64,000 nt of DNA, from the NCBI GenBank assembly GCA_038248985.1, contig JBBRWV010000003.1, positions 437 to 64,436 on the forward strand, given 5' to 3'. The DNA comes from Phycisphaerae bacterium. GTDB lineage: Bacteria > Planctomycetota > Phycisphaerae > WQYP01. The notes beneath the pieces are model-generated. The model saw only the letters and a program-made list of their open reading frames with translations, searched no databases and was not told the DNA's origin. Positions 1 to 10,217 of this stretch are shown here, one piece after another; position 1 is the first letter of the stretch, and each line of letters opens with the position of its first letter. A program made the position numbers and the translations under genes.

Positions 1-89
1 GAAGTGGACGGGGGAGGGCAACCCTGCGTAGACTGACTGCGGCTGTGACAAAGTGAAAGCTGATTGGGTTTTATTTTTGGGAGTTCGAT

Positions 90-665
90 ATGGGTGTGAA
101 GGTTTTGGTGTTTGCAGGGGCGTTGCGGGCGGGGAGCTTTAATAAGAAGCTGGCGAAGCTGGCGGCGGCGGGGGCAAAGAAGGCGGGAGCGGAGGTGACG
201 ACTATTGATTTGAAGGATTATCCACTGCCGATTTTTGATGAGGATTTGGAGAAGGCGGAGGGGCTGCCGGCGAATGGGCGGAAGTTGAAGGATTTGTTTT
301 TGGCGCATGATGCGTTGATTATTTCGTGTCCGGAGTACAACTCTTCGATTACGGTGGTGCTGAAGAATACGCTGGACTGGGTGAGCAGGCCGGTGGCGGG
401 GGAGGCGCCGCTGGGATGTTTCGAGGGGAAGACGGCGTTGCTGGTGGCGGCGTCGCCGGGGGCGCTGGGAGGGTTGCGCGGGCTGGTGACGGTGAAGATG
501 ATATTGGGGAACATCAAGGTGCTGGTGCTGCCAGAGCAGTTGGCGATTGTGAAGGCGCATGAGGCGTTTAATGAAGATGGGACGCTGAAGGATGCGAAGC
601 AGGCGGCGGCACTGGAGGGGATGGCGGGGAAATTGGTGAGTGTGGCGGGGAAGTTGAAGGCGTGA
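90..665 (+). CDS. NAD(P)H-dependent FMN reductase (flavodoxin-like fold)
   Basis: 191 aa; N-terminal KVLVFAGALRAGSFNKKL flavin-binding pattern typical of NADPH-dependent FMN reductases; clean ORF with G-rich SD-like sequence upstream. Confidence 0.75.
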   Translation: MGVKVLVFAGALRAGSFNKKLAKLAAAGAKKAGAEVTTIDLKDYPLPIFDEDLEKAEGLPANGRKLKDLFLAHDALIISCPEYNSSITVVLKNTLDWVSRPVAGEAPLGCFEGKTALLVAASPGALGGLRGLVTVKMILGNIKVLVLPEQLAIVKAHEAFNEDGTLKDAKQAAALEGMAGKLVSVAGKLKA

Positions 666-689
666 GGTGAGGGGAGACGCGAATTGGCG

Positions 690-1349
690 TTAAGGATTTT
701 GGGGGGTCAGGTAGGCGGCGAGAGATTTGCAGAGTGCGGCGAGGGCGGCGGCGGAGTCTTTTTGCAGGCGGGCGAGTTGGGGGATGAGGGTGGGGCGGCG
801 GGCGAGGAGGAAGGCGATTTTGGCAGGGCGGGGGCGGCCGAGGTCGTCGATGAGGGAGAGGATTTCGTGGTCGATGGAATGGGCGGCATCGTCGGAGATG
901 GCGCGGAGGATGGTGATGGTTTGCGGGGCGAAGGCGGCGCGGACGGGGGCGGATTCCATATCGACGGCATCGGCGTGGGTGCGGAGGTAGTGGGCGTTTT
1001 TGGCGGCGGGGGTGGTGAGCATTTCGTCGGAGGAGATGATTTGGCCGGAGATGGTGTGAGGGAGGTTGAGGGAGGGGCTGTCGAGGATGACGTCGGCGAC
1101 GTGGAGAGCGGGATTGAGAGCGCCGCCGAGGCCGAAGAGGAGGATTTGTGAGGGGGCGAAATCGGCGATGGCGGGGCGGAGGGGAGGGAGGCGGGAGGCG
1201 CGGAGGCCGATGGTGAGGAGGAGGATTTGAGAGGTGGCATAGGCGTGGGGAAGAGAGGGATGTTTAGGGAGGTGGAGGGCGGAGGCGAGGGCGAGGGACT
1301 CCATGTGGAAGGCGGCGAGGAGGAGGATTTTTGAGGGCGGGGAGGACAT
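690..1349 (-). CDS. PNP/MTA-nucleosidase family protein (possibly futalosine hydrolase or 5'-methylthioadenosine nucleosidase-like)
   Basis: ~220 aa from internal Met (MSSPPSKILLLAAFHMESLALAS...); glycine-rich LLFGLGGALNPALHVADVILD segment resembles the PNP_UDP_1 fold; family assignment by motif recall only. Confidence 0.45.
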   Translation of the reverse strand: MSSPPSKILLLAAFHMESLALASALHLPKHPSLPHAYATSQILLLTIGLRASRLPPLRPAIADFAPSQILLFGLGGALNPALHVADVILDSPSLNLPHTISGQIISSDEMLTTPAAKNAHYLRTHADAVDMESAPVRAAFAPQTITILRAISDDAAHSIDHEILSLIDDLGRPRPAKIAFLLARRPTLIPQLARLQKDSAAALAALCKSLAAYLTPQNP

Positions 1350-1464
1350 GGGAGGATTGTAGGGGTGTGGAAGCGGGTGCAAAAGCGTTGACCGCGTGAG
1401 GAGGGGTGTATATGTTTCGGGATTCACTCTGGTGCTGAAAGCTGGGTTGGTGTTGTAGGAGGAG

Positions 1465-2823
1465 TTGAAGATGCCGATGCTGCCGATTTTTTATACGAAG
1501 AAGGATGAGGCGAAGATTGAGGCGCTGCGCGAGAAATTGAGTTTGCGTCCGCTGTTGATTGAGGGGCTGGACGGGGAAGAGGCGGCGAAGGGGACGAGCG
1601 TTTCGCGTTTTGAGACGGTGCGGGCGATTTTGCGAGATGTGCAGAAGCGCGGGGATGCGGCGGTGATTGAATATACGGCGAAGTTTGACAAGGCGGTGGT
1701 GACGACGGAGACGCTGCGCGTGCCGCAATCGGCGGTGGAGGCGGCGGTGAAGGGGGCGGACAAGAAGTTGGTGGCGGCGCTGGATGTGGCGATTGGGAAT
1801 TTGCGGCGTTACCAGACGGCGATGCTGCCGAAGGAGCCGGAGCCGATTGCGCTGCAGTTTGGGAAGCAGTCGGGGGGGAGGTTGGGGGTGAAGTATACGG
1901 CGATTGCGCGGGTGGGGCTGTATGTGCCGGGGGGCGCGGCGGCGTATCCGAGCAGCGTTTTGCATACGGCGATACCGGCGCAGGTGGCGGGTGTGAAGGA
2001 GTTGTGTTTGTGCAGCCCGATGCGAAACGGGGCGGTGTCGGCGGCGGTGCTGGTGGCGGCATCGCGCGTGGGGGTGAGCGAGATTTATGGGATAGGCGGG
2101 GCGCAGGCGATCGGGGCTTTGGCGTTTGGGACGGAGACGATCAAGCGGGTGGACAAGATTGTGGGACCAGGGAATACGTACGTGCAACTGGCGAAGAAGG
2201 AGCTGTACGGTCTGGTGGACATCGATTCGTTTGCGGGGCCGTCGGAGGTGGTGGTGCTGGCGGATGAGACGGCCGAGGCGCGGCAGGTGGCGGCGGAATT
2301 GTTGGCGCAGGCGGAGCATGCGCCGGGTTCGTGCTTGTTGATTACGTCGAGCGACAAGCTGGCGAAGCAGGTGCAGTGGGAGGTGGAATCGCAATTGAAG
2401 GAGTTGGACCGGGAGCCACTGACGCGGGGGGCGCTGGCGTTTGCGAGCGCGATCATTGTGACGGAGAGCACGGCGGAGGGGATCGAGATTACGGATCGAT
2501 TTGCACCGGAGCATTTGCAGATCACGACGAAGGATGCGCGGGGCGATGCGTACCGGGTGAAACATGCGGGGGCAATTTTTGTGGGGGCGTTTACGCCGGT
2601 GGCTGCGGGGGATTATCTGGCGGGGCCATCGCACGTTTTGCCGACGAGCGGGACGGGACGTTTTTTTTCCGGGCTGTCGGCGGAGAGCTTTCGGAAGCGG
2701 ACGAGCATTGTGGAGTTTGATGCGGCGACGTTGAATGCAGTGGGGCAGACGATTGTGGATTTTGCGATGGCGGAGGGATTTGACGGTCATGCGAAATCGG
2801 TGACGGCGCGGGCGGAGCATTGA
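1465..2823 (+). CDS. hisD: histidinol dehydrogenase
   Basis: 452 aa; GPGNTYV, FAGPSEVVVLAD and SPEHLQI motifs characteristic of HisD; GGAGG SD upstream. Confidence 0.9.
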   Translation: MKMPMLPIFYTKKDEAKIEALREKLSLRPLLIEGLDGEEAAKGTSVSRFETVRAILRDVQKRGDAAVIEYTAKFDKAVVTTETLRVPQSAVEAAVKGADKKLVAALDVAIGNLRRYQTAMLPKEPEPIALQFGKQSGGRLGVKYTAIARVGLYVPGGAAAYPSSVLHTAIPAQVAGVKELCLCSPMRNGAVSAAVLVAASRVGVSEIYGIGGAQAIGALAFGTETIKRVDKIVGPGNTYVQLAKKELYGLVDIDSFAGPSEVVVLADETAEARQVAAELLAQAEHAPGSCLLITSSDKLAKQVQWEVESQLKELDREPLTRGALAFASAIIVTESTAEGIEITDRFAPEHLQITTKDARGDAYRVKHAGAIFVGAFTPVAAGDYLAGPSHVLPTSGTGRFFSGLSAESFRKRTSIVEFDAATLNAVGQTIVDFAMAEGFDGHAKSVTARAEH

Positions 2824-2862
2824 GGGAGAGTGGAAGGTGATGACGCGGCGGGGAGTGTTGCG

Positions 2863-3855
2863 TCAGGTGGGGCGGGTGGGTTCGGAATTTTCGCTGAAGA
2901 GGGCTTCGACGAAGGTTTCGGGGTCGAAGGGTTCCATGTCTTCGGGTTTTTCGCCGAGGCCGACGAATTTGACGGGGAGGTTGAGCTGGTGGCGGATGGC
3001 GATGACGATGCCGCCCTTGGCGGTGCCATCGAGCTTGGTGAGGAAGATGCCGGTGACGTGGACGGTTTTGAGGAATTCCTCAGCTTGGCGGATGGCGTTT
3101 TGGCCGGTGGTGGCGTCGAGGACGAGGAGGACTTCGTGGGGGGCGTTGGGGAGGCGTTTTTCGATGACTTTGCGGATTTTGGCGAGCTCACGCATGAGGT
3201 TGTCCTGGGTGTGGAGGCGGCCGGCGGTGTCGACGATGAGGACGTCGATGTTGCGGGCAAGTGCGGCGTCGCAGGCGTCGAAGGCGACGGCGGCGGGGTC
3301 GGAGCCCATCTGGTGTTTGACGATTTGGACATCGATGCGCTGCGCCCAGATGGAGAGTTGCTCAACGGCAGCGGCGCGGAAGGTGTCGCAGGCGGCGACC
3401 ATGACGGTTTTGTTTTGGGATTTGAGGTATTGGCCGAGCTTGGCGATGGAGGTGGTTTTGCCGGCGCCGTTGATGCCGGTGACGAGGATGACGGTGGGGC
3501 CGGTGCCGGGGGCGGCGAATTTGAGGTCGCGGGATTCGGCGGGCCAGTAGGCTTTCATTTCAGCTTTGAGGAAGTCGAGGACTTCGTCGCCGGAGGAGAT
3601 TTTTCCAGCTTTCCAGGCGGCATTGAGGTCGTCCATGATTTTGCGGGTGGCGGTGACGCCGAGGTCGGAGAGGATGAGGCGTTGTTCGAGTTCGTCGAGG
3701 AGGGCCTGGTCGAGCTTTCGGCCGCGGAGGAGGGAGCGGAGACCGCCGACGAAGACGTCGCGGGTTTTGGCGAGTCCGGTTTTGAGTTTGTCGACGCTGG
3801 CGGAGATGGCGCCGGTGGTTTTGGAGAGGGCTTTTTTGAGGAAGTCAAAGGCCAT
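2863..3855 (-). CDS. ftsY: signal recognition particle receptor FtsY (short form, NG domain)
   Basis: 330 aa; GINGAGKTTSIAKL P-loop, DTAGR and TKLDGTAKGG SRP-GTPase motifs. Confidence 0.9.
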   Translation of the reverse strand: MAFDFLKKALSKTTGAISASVDKLKTGLAKTRDVFVGGLRSLLRGRKLDQALLDELEQRLILSDLGVTATRKIMDDLNAAWKAGKISSGDEVLDFLKAEMKAYWPAESRDLKFAAPGTGPTVILVTGINGAGKTTSIAKLGQYLKSQNKTVMVAACDTFRAAAVEQLSIWAQRIDVQIVKHQMGSDPAAVAFDACDAALARNIDVLIVDTAGRLHTQDNLMRELAKIRKVIEKRLPNAPHEVLLVLDATTGQNAIRQAEEFLKTVHVTGIFLTKLDGTAKGGIVIAIRHQLNLPVKFVGLGEKPEDMEPFDPETFVEALFSENSEPTRPT

Positions 3856-4413
3856 TGTTTTCCTGTCGTAAGAGAGAGGGGATTGTAGCGTGGGCGGGAG
3901 GCGGTGTCAGGAGACGGGGATGTGTAGGTGGGGATGTGGCGTGGGGTCAACAGACCACGGGAAAGGGGGGGGGCATGTTGCGGCAAATCAACAGCGCGTT
4001 GCAGACGGGCGGAGGGTCGTGAGGGCGAGTAATTGATGTAAGTTGTGTTATTGCAGGTGGTTGTGTTAATAGGGTCGCGGTGGGGGAGGTACTTACATGG
4101 GGTTTGCTATGTGAATCTTAGCAATCATGCCAGAAGACGACGCGGAGTATTGCGATGACAGTCTTGATCAATCAAATGGTGACGCCGAAGAAGTTGAGGA
4201 TTGCGATGCTGGCGATTCTGACGTTTGCGGCGATGTGCTGAGGTTAAGCGGCGGGTCAGGAGGATTGAGGCGGGATGAAGGGAAATGGGGCGGGGTTGAA
4301 AAGAATAGGGTTGGGACCAGTCGACGCGGGTTGGCCTGTTATGGGCGAGCCCGCGTTGTGTTTTGGCAGGGGGCATACTATTTTCGGCGGTTCGCAGGGG
4401 GCCCATAATGCGT

Positions 4414-6393
4414 TTACCCGTCCCGCGCACCCACCAACCCCTCCAGCTCCCGCACCACCCGGTCCATCTCCTCCGCCTGCCCGCTCAATTTCTTCGATGC
4501 ATTCGCAGACTCCTCCGCGTTCGCCGCATTCACCTGCGTCACCTTATCCATCTCGCGCACCGCCACATTGATCTGCGCAATCCCTGTCGATTGCTCCTTC
4601 GATGCCGCCGCAATCTCGCCCAGCAACCCATTCACCTTGCTCGCAGAATTTGTAATGCTCGTCAGCGTCTTCCCCACCTCCTGCGCCATGCTCACCCCAT
4701 TCGCCGCCTTCTTCACTGATCCCTCGATCAGCGCCGCCGTATTCTTCGCCGCCTGGGCTGATCGCATCGCCAGGTTCCTCACTTCCTCCGCCACCACCGC
4801 AAACCCTTTTCCCGATTCACCTGCTCGCGCCGCCTCCACTGCGGCATTCAACGCCAGCAGATTCGTCTGAAACGCAATTTCATCAATCACCTTGATGATC
4901 TTCGCCGTTTCCCCCGCACTCTTCTGAATATCGTCGATCGCCGTCGCCATCCGCCCCATCGCCGCGTTCCCCTGCTCCGCCGCGTGATGCGCCTCTTTAA
5001 ACATCACCTCGGCCTGCAACGTCGTTTCCGAATTCCGCTTCGTCATCGAAGACATCTCCTCCAGCGCCGAAGTCGTCTCCTCCAAAGCCGCTGCCTGCTC
5101 AGATGCCCCCTGCGCCAGCGCCTCGCTCGATTTCGCAACCTGCCCCGCCGATGCATTCGTCTCGCCTGATCCTGCACTCAGCGCCGCAATAATCCGATTG
5201 ATCGGCCGCGTAATCCCCCGCGCAACCGCCCACCAAATCCCCACGCTCGCCAATAGCGCTGTACCAATCATCCCCACCTGAATCATCCGCGACCGCCCCT
5301 CAATCCCCTCAATAACCCGCACCCCATGATTAAACTCATCCTCGTATGCCCCGACGCCAATCACCCAATCCCACGGCTTAAAGTAAGCAATCCGCACAAT
5401 CTTCTCCCGCGGCTTCTCCTCGCTCGGCCCCTTCCACACATAACGAACCTCCCCCAATTTCCCTTTCTCCAGCGCCACGGCCTTCGCGCAAATTGTCTGA
5501 ATAAACTTCCCACCGCTCTCATCCGTTGCATCCCAGATGTTTTTCCCGTCCGCCGCTCCATCCTTCGAAACCACGTACGTCCCCTTCGTTGACTCCATCG
5601 CATTCAATACCCACACATACCCCGTCTTCCCAATCTTGATGCTCGTTATCGCTTTATGCAAAGACTCCGTCGCATCCCGCTCCGGTATCCCTACAAACAA
5701 CATTCCCGCAACTTCCCCCTTCGCATCCCGTATTGGTGAATACGCCGTCGCATACCATCCATTCACAACATACGCTCGCCCCACATAGGTTTCCCCGCGC
5801 AGCACTGCCGACACCACCGGGCTCGCCACACCGTCCGAACTCTCCGCCGCAATATACGTCCCAATCGCCCGCGTCCCCTCCTTCGTGATCACATTCGTGC
5901 TCACCCGCAGCATGTCCCCCTTCGCATTCATCCTCTGAAAAACCGTGCATGCCCCACCCGTCAATTTCTGGACATCGTCCACCAGCGCCGCTCGCTCCTG
6001 CGCGTCCGACGTCTTTCCCAGCCATGTCCTGCCCACCTGCATCCGCGGCAATTCCACTTCGCGCACATCCTTTGTCACCTGGTTCACCGCCTTCCACGGC
6101 ACCATCTCTTTCTCATCCATCGCCACCGGCCCGCCCTTTACAAGCGCATCACTGGCCACACGCATCGATGTCCCGAGCAATTTCTGCAGCGCATCCTGAT
6201 GCGCCTCACACATCGTCTCCACCTGCGTCGCCACATGATCCAGATCCGAATTCGCCAACTCCGTGTTCCCCGTCTTCGCCGCTTCCACCATCTGCGAATT
6301 CTGCAACCACGTCGTCACTCCCGTCACCACCAGCGGCACCACGCTCAACGTCACCCCAATCACCAACAACTTTACACCCAAACGCATCTTCAT
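4414..6393 (-). CDS. methyl-accepting chemotaxis protein with periplasmic Cache-like sensor, HAMP and MCP signalling domain
   Basis: start taken at [13 protein letters not shown] (TM1); periplasmic region followed by TM2, then HAMP and the highly conserved MCP signalling region ([31 protein letters not shown]). Confidence 0.85.
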   Translation of the reverse strand: MKMRLGVKLLVIGVTLSVVPLVVTGVTTWLQNSQMVEAAKTGNTELANSDLDHVATQVETMCEAHQDALQKLLGTSMRVASDALVKGGPVAMDEKEMVPWKAVNQVTKDVREVELPRMQVGRTWLGKTSDAQERAALVDDVQKLTGGACTVFQRMNAKGDMLRVSTNVITKEGTRAIGTYIAAESSDGVASPVVSAVLRGETYVGRAYVVNGWYATAYSPIRDAKGEVAGMLFVGIPERDATESLHKAITSIKIGKTGYVWVLNAMESTKGTYVVSKDGAADGKNIWDATDESGGKFIQTICAKAVALEKGKLGEVRYVWKGPSEEKPREKIVRIAYFKPWDWVIGVGAYEDEFNHGVRVIEGIEGRSRMIQVGMIGTALLASVGIWWAVARGITRPINRIIAALSAGSGETNASAGQVAKSSEALAQGASEQAAALEETTSALEEMSSMTKRNSETTLQAEVMFKEAHHAAEQGNAAMGRMATAIDDIQKSAGETAKIIKVIDEIAFQTNLLALNAAVEAARAGESGKGFAVVAEEVRNLAMRSAQAAKNTAALIEGSVKKAANGVSMAQEVGKTLTSITNSASKVNGLLGEIAAASKEQSTGIAQINVAVREMDKVTQVNAANAEESANASKKLSGQAEEMDRVVRELEGLVGARDG

Positions 6394-6811
6394 AATTGCC
6401 ACTTCGTGCCTCTTTTTCTGGATATCCAAATTCACAAATGTCTCTCCCCTGAATCGGCCTGACACGCAGCGCAGGTAACTAAAATTTCACCGCTGAAGCG
6501 ATTCCCTCCTCCCCTTCTTTGGTGAAAACATTGATAAAGTGCGGGTCGATCGAAAAAACGCTGCGCTACCTTGCGGGTCCGTTTGCCGGCGAAGGAGATA
6601 CAGGTTGCTTTGGAAGACTAGAGGGCGTGCAAGGATTTGCCTTGGCTTGCCACAGTGATTTTCTTTCGCTACAATGCCGCGACGTTTTTCTTGCCAGTAC
6701 TTACCCAGCGAAATGCGTGGTAGGGATGGGCGAAAAGCTGGCAAATACTGCCTCAGTTGCAGAGGTGAACGTTATCGTCGCTGCAAAAAGGTGTATAGGT
6801 CAAGTGTGTTC

Positions 6812-6883
6812 GCGGGCGTAGCTCAGTGGTAGAGCGTCACGTTGCCAACGTGAATGTCGAGGGTTCGAGCCCCTTCGCCCGCT
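6812..6883 (+). tRNA. tRNA-Gly (anticodon GCC)
   Basis: cloverleaf folded by hand: acceptor GCGGGCG/CGCCCGC, D-arm GCTC-AGTGGTA-GAGC, anticodon stem TCACG/CGTGA with loop TTGCCAA (anticodon GCC), T-arm GAGGG-TTCGAGC-CCCTT; no encoded CCA. Confidence 0.85.
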
Positions 6884-6980
6884 GTTGTTTGAGGCCTGGT
6901 GCTGTGGAGGCGCTGGGCCTTGATTGTTTTTGCGGTGGGGAACTACATGACGGGGGGAACATTCCGATGGATTTGAAGGT

Positions 6981-7634
6981 TCACGCGACATGGGCGGGCA
7001 GGCGCTGGCGCAGCCAACGGGTCCAGGGTTCGAGGGTGCCGGTGTGGGCGGAACACTCCAGCACGGGGACGGTGGGATTCAGGTGGCGGATGTCGGCGTA
7101 GAATTGTGGGGTGTCGAAGGGGACGTGCGGCAGGAGATCGATTTTGTTCAAGAGGAGGATTTCGGCGGCGAGGACGAGGTAGGGGTATTTGGCGGGTTTG
7201 TCGGCGCCTTCGGTGGTGGAGAACATGCCGACTTTGGCGTTTTGGCCGAGATCAAAACCGACGGGGCAGACGAGGTTGCCGACGTTTTCGATGATGAGCA
7301 AGTCGACGTCGCGGAGGTTGATGCGGGAGAGGGCTTGGCGGACCTGGTGGGCTTCAAGATGGCAGCCTTTGCCGGTGTTGACCTGCACAACCTGGCGACA
7401 GAAGCGGGCGATGCGGTCGGCATCGCGCTGGGTGGCGAGGTCGCCGACGATGACGGCGATATCGACGGAGTCGGCGAGGGCGGCGCAGGTTTTTTCGACG
7501 AGGGTAGTTTTTCCGCAGCCGGGACCGCCGAGAAGGTCGATGGCGTAGACGCCGGCGTTTTGGAGATCGGCGCGGTTCATGCGGGCCACTTCATCATTGA
7601 GTTTGAGGACGTTTTCAATAACCTGCACTTGCAT
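6981..7634 (-). CDS. hypB: hydrogenase nickel incorporation GTPase HypB
   Basis: start at MQVQVIENVL; GGPGCGKTT P-loop and ENVGNLVCP motif typical of HypB/UreG family; last gene of the hyp array. Confidence 0.9.
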   Translation of the reverse strand: MQVQVIENVLKLNDEVARMNRADLQNAGVYAIDLLGGPGCGKTTLVEKTCAALADSVDIAVIVGDLATQRDADRIARFCRQVVQVNTGKGCHLEAHQVRQALSRINLRDVDLLIIENVGNLVCPVGFDLGQNAKVGMFSTTEGADKPAKYPYLVLAAEILLLNKIDLLPHVPFDTPQFYADIRHLNPTVPVLECSAHTGTLEPWTRWLRQRLPAHVA

Positions 7635-7647
7635 GGGGTCTCCTGGT

Positions 7648-8004
7648 TTAGGCGGTAGGGGCGGGTGAAAGGGATTCGATATCGAGCGACAGTAGTCGGA
7701 GGCGGTCGTCGCCGGCAGGGAGCGTGTCGGTGCCTCCGCAGGGGCATCGTTCGAGGGCATCGGTGGAGTTCCAATGAAGGCCGCAGGTATTGCAGATGAT
7801 GCGCCACGGCAGGGCGCGATAGTGGAGGGTGACGTGGGCGAGGTCGGTATTTTGGGTGGCGGCCTGCCAGGCAAATTCGAGAGCGTCGGGATCGATGGAC
7901 TGGAGGGGGCCGGCTTCGACGTGGGCATGGGTGACGCGCGTGCCGGCAGGCGTGTGGGTGCGCACCTGTTGCAGGAGGGCCAAGGCAATGGAGAGTTCGT
8001 GCAT
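7648..8004 (-). CDS. hypA: hydrogenase nickel insertion protein HypA
   Basis: 118 aa; classic N-terminal MHELS motif and C-terminal CxxC...CxxC zinc site (CNTCG...CPCGG). Confidence 0.85.
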   Translation of the reverse strand: MHELSIALALLQQVRTHTPAGTRVTHAHVEAGPLQSIDPDALEFAWQAATQNTDLAHVTLHYRALPWRIICNTCGLHWNSTDALERCPCGGTDTLPAGDDRLRLLSLDIESLSPAPTA

Positions 8005-8007
8005 GGG

Positions 8008-8253
8008 TTACTCCAGGGAGGGGGCGGCGGCGTGGGAGGTGTGAGGCAACGCCTGGGCGAGGAGGGCGAAAGTTTCAGCGGCGGCTTCGGCATCGAGTTT
8101 TTGTATGGCAAAGCCAGCGTGGACGAGGACCCAGTCGCCGACGGCGAGTTCCGGCAGGAGGAGGGTGCTGACATTCAGGCGATTGCCGTGCATATCGACC
8201 AAGGCGGAAGACTCGGTGAGGTGAACGATTTTTGCGGGAACGGCGAGGCACAT
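8008..8253 (-). CDS. hypC: hydrogenase assembly chaperone HypC/HupF
   Basis: start at MCLAVPAKIV (invariant N-terminal Cys2 motif MCLAVP); ~81 aa. Confidence 0.85.
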   Translation of the reverse strand: MCLAVPAKIVHLTESSALVDMHGNRLNVSTLLLPELAVGDWVLVHAGFAIQKLDAEAAAETFALLAQALPHTSHAAAPSLE

Positions 8254-8264
8254 GGATTTGCTCC

Positions 8265-9155
8265 TCAAGGGACGAGAGGTTTCAGGGGCGTGCGGAGGCG
8301 CAGGACGAACGCGAGCGTGAAGACGGCGAGGCCGGTGAATGTGGCACCGGCGAGTGCGTAGATCACCTCGCGGTAGGAGAAGGCTGCGGAATCGGGCGGC
8401 AGTAGCCAGCTCATCGCGTTGTCGTGGGCGGCAAACTCATAGCCATCGGGCATCGAGCTGGCGAAGGGCAAGGCAATGACGAGGAGGAAGGCCACGACGA
8501 TTGTTGTGCCGGCGAGACGGCGCGGGGTCAGCGTGGTGAGGCCGGGAGCGGATTTGATATTCAAGGCGCGGTGAATCAGGATTGTCGCGAGCAGTTCGAG
8601 GCATGCGGCGACGGCGTGAATGGAGATCATGCTGGTGGCGAAGCGGGGGAGCTCGACAAGTTGATTTTGCGGGCGCAGGAGGGCGACCTCGCCGACGATC
8701 AGGGATGCGGCGGCGATGATGGAAAGGACTGCGGAGAGAGCCACTTGAAGATCGCGCGGTTTATGGCGAAGCAGCCTTGTGGTGAGCATTACGAGGACCG
8801 CGGGCAGCAGGCCCATATTGATGAAGTTGGCACCGAGGGACGTGAGGCCGCCATCGCCGAGGAGGGCGGCCTGCAGCGTCAGGATGACCGCCATGACCAG
8901 GGGCGCGAGTGCCGGACCGAGAACCCAGGCGAGGAGAACGCCCCCGACGAGGTGGGCGCTGGAGTAGGGGAGGATCGGCAGATTGATCGTTTGGGCGGCA
9001 AACACGGCGGCACCCATGATGCCGGCGGTCAGAGTGCGGCGTCGATCAAAGCCGGTACGCCAGACGGCCGTGGCGCACGCGGCAATACCCACGGCGGCAA
9101 TGGTTCCCGTGATCACGGCACAGGCGGGGGTGATGGCTCCGTTTCCTAGATGCAT
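8265..9155 (-). CDS. CbiM/NikM-family Ni/Co transporter substrate-capture component, possibly with a fused NikN/CbiN-like C-terminal extension
   Basis: start at MHLGNGAITPA..., matching the essential N-terminal Met-His-x-x-G-x-L-S/T-P of CbiM/NikM; polytopic membrane protein; extra C-terminal TM segment after PDGYEF; embedded between hypE and hypC. Confidence 0.5.
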   Translation of the reverse strand: MHLGNGAITPACAVITGTIAAVGIAACATAVWRTGFDRRRTLTAGIMGAAVFAAQTINLPILPYSSAHLVGGVLLAWVLGPALAPLVMAVILTLQAALLGDGGLTSLGANFINMGLLPAVLVMLTTRLLRHKPRDLQVALSAVLSIIAAASLIVGEVALLRPQNQLVELPRFATSMISIHAVAACLELLATILIHRALNIKSAPGLTTLTPRRLAGTTIVVAFLLVIALPFASSMPDGYEFAAHDNAMSWLLPPDSAAFSYREVIYALAGATFTGLAVFTLAFVLRLRTPLKPLVP

Positions 9156-9188
9156 AAGGCACTCCATTATATATTTGACGCAGGATGA

Positions 9189-10217
9189 TCAACAGATTCG
9201 CGGCAATTGTTCTCCGTACGGTTTGGCGACGATGCGACGCCCGCCGATGGTGGTGCGAATTTCGCAGAGTCCATCGCGCAGCTCGCCAATGTGTCCGATG
9301 GTGACGGCGGATTCAGCAAGCGGATGGGCGCGCATGGCCTGCAACACGCGGTCATGGGCGGCAGGTGCGACGACGACGACGACCTTGCCTTCGTTGGCGA
9401 TTTCAAGGGGATCAAGACCGAGCAGGTCGGCGGCGTGTCGGGCTTCGGGGCGGAGAGGGATGTGTGTTTCGTCGAGCACGACGCGGTAGCCGCTGTGGGT
9501 GGCGAGGTCGGCACAGAGGCCTGCGAGGCCACCGCGGGTGGGATCGCGCATGAAGCGGATCTGGCCGGGTGCGGCGGCGAGAGCGGCGTTGATGAGTGAA
9601 TTGAGGGGAGCGACATCGCTCTTGACGGGGGTGATCAACTCGGGCATTTCACGGGCCAACATGACGGCGAGGCCATGCTCGCCGAGAGGGCCATTGATGA
9701 TCAGCATGTCTCCCGGTTGAACCTGGGTGGGGCTGAGGATGAGGCCCGCGGGAATGCGACCCACGCCGGCGGTCGTGATGAAAATGCCATCAGCTTGGCC
9801 GTGGCCGACGACTTTGGTGTCGCCAGTGACGACGGTGACGCCGGCCTTGCGGGCCGTGGCGGCGACAGCGTCAAGCACGCGTTCAAGCACGGGTATTGGA
9901 AGGCCTTCGCAGAGGACCAGTGACAGGGCGATACCGAGGGGCGTGGCGCCGCAGACGGCGAGATCGTTAACGGTGCCGGCGACGGCGAGGTCGCCGATGT
10001 TGCCGCCGGGGAATTCGAGCGGTTGGACGACGAAACTATCGATGGTCATGGCGAGGCGGCCGCCCTGGCCATCGGGCAGGATTGCGGAATCAAGCAATTG
10101 ATTGAGGACGGCGTTGTCGAGACGGGGCATGATGCATTGGCGCAGAAGTTCATCGGTGAGTTGGCCACCGCCACCGTGGGCGAGCATGATTCGGGGGGTG
10201 CCATGGGGAGTATTCAT
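9189..10217 (-). CDS. hypE: hydrogenase maturation protein HypE (AIR-synthase-related, carbamoyl dehydratase)
   Basis: start at MNTPHGTPRIMLAHGGGGQL, ATGA-overlapping the hypD stop; PurM-like fold, C-terminal ...IVAKPYGEQLPRIC typical of HypE terminal cysteine. Confidence 0.9.
   Translation of the reverse strand: MNTPHGTPRIMLAHGGGGQLTDELLRQCIMPRLDNAVLNQLLDSAILPDGQGGRLAMTIDSFVVQPLEFPGGNIGDLAVAGTVNDLAVCGATPLGIALSLVLCEGLPIPVLERVLDAVAATARKAGVTVVTGDTKVVGHGQADGIFITTAGVGRIPAGLILSPTQVQPGDMLIINGPLGEHGLAVMLAREMPELITPVKSDVAPLNSLINAALAAAPGQIRFMRDPTRGGLAGLCADLATHSGYRVVLDETHIPLRPEARHAADLLGLDPLEIANEGKVVVVVAPAAHDRVLQAMRAHPLAESAVTIGHIGELRDGLCEIRTTIGGRRIVAKPYGEQLPRIC

Noticed and set aside
1264-2823. Long Arg/Pro/His-rich ORFs (e.g. 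1264-2820 -, 1424-2062 -) covering the hisD locus
   Set aside because: Low-complexity, R/P-rich translations antisense or out of frame to a clearly conserved hisD; typical high-GC artefacts.
2830-3888. 352-aa Gly/Asp/Glu-rich ORF and other ORFs overlapping ftsY
   Set aside because: Antisense to the conserved ftsY reading frame; compositionally biased (G/D/E/A), no motifs.
6519-6821. 100-aa ORF overlapping the 5' end of tRNA-Gly
   Set aside because: Runs into the tRNA gene and has no SD or domain; the region is better explained as tRNA promoter/leader.
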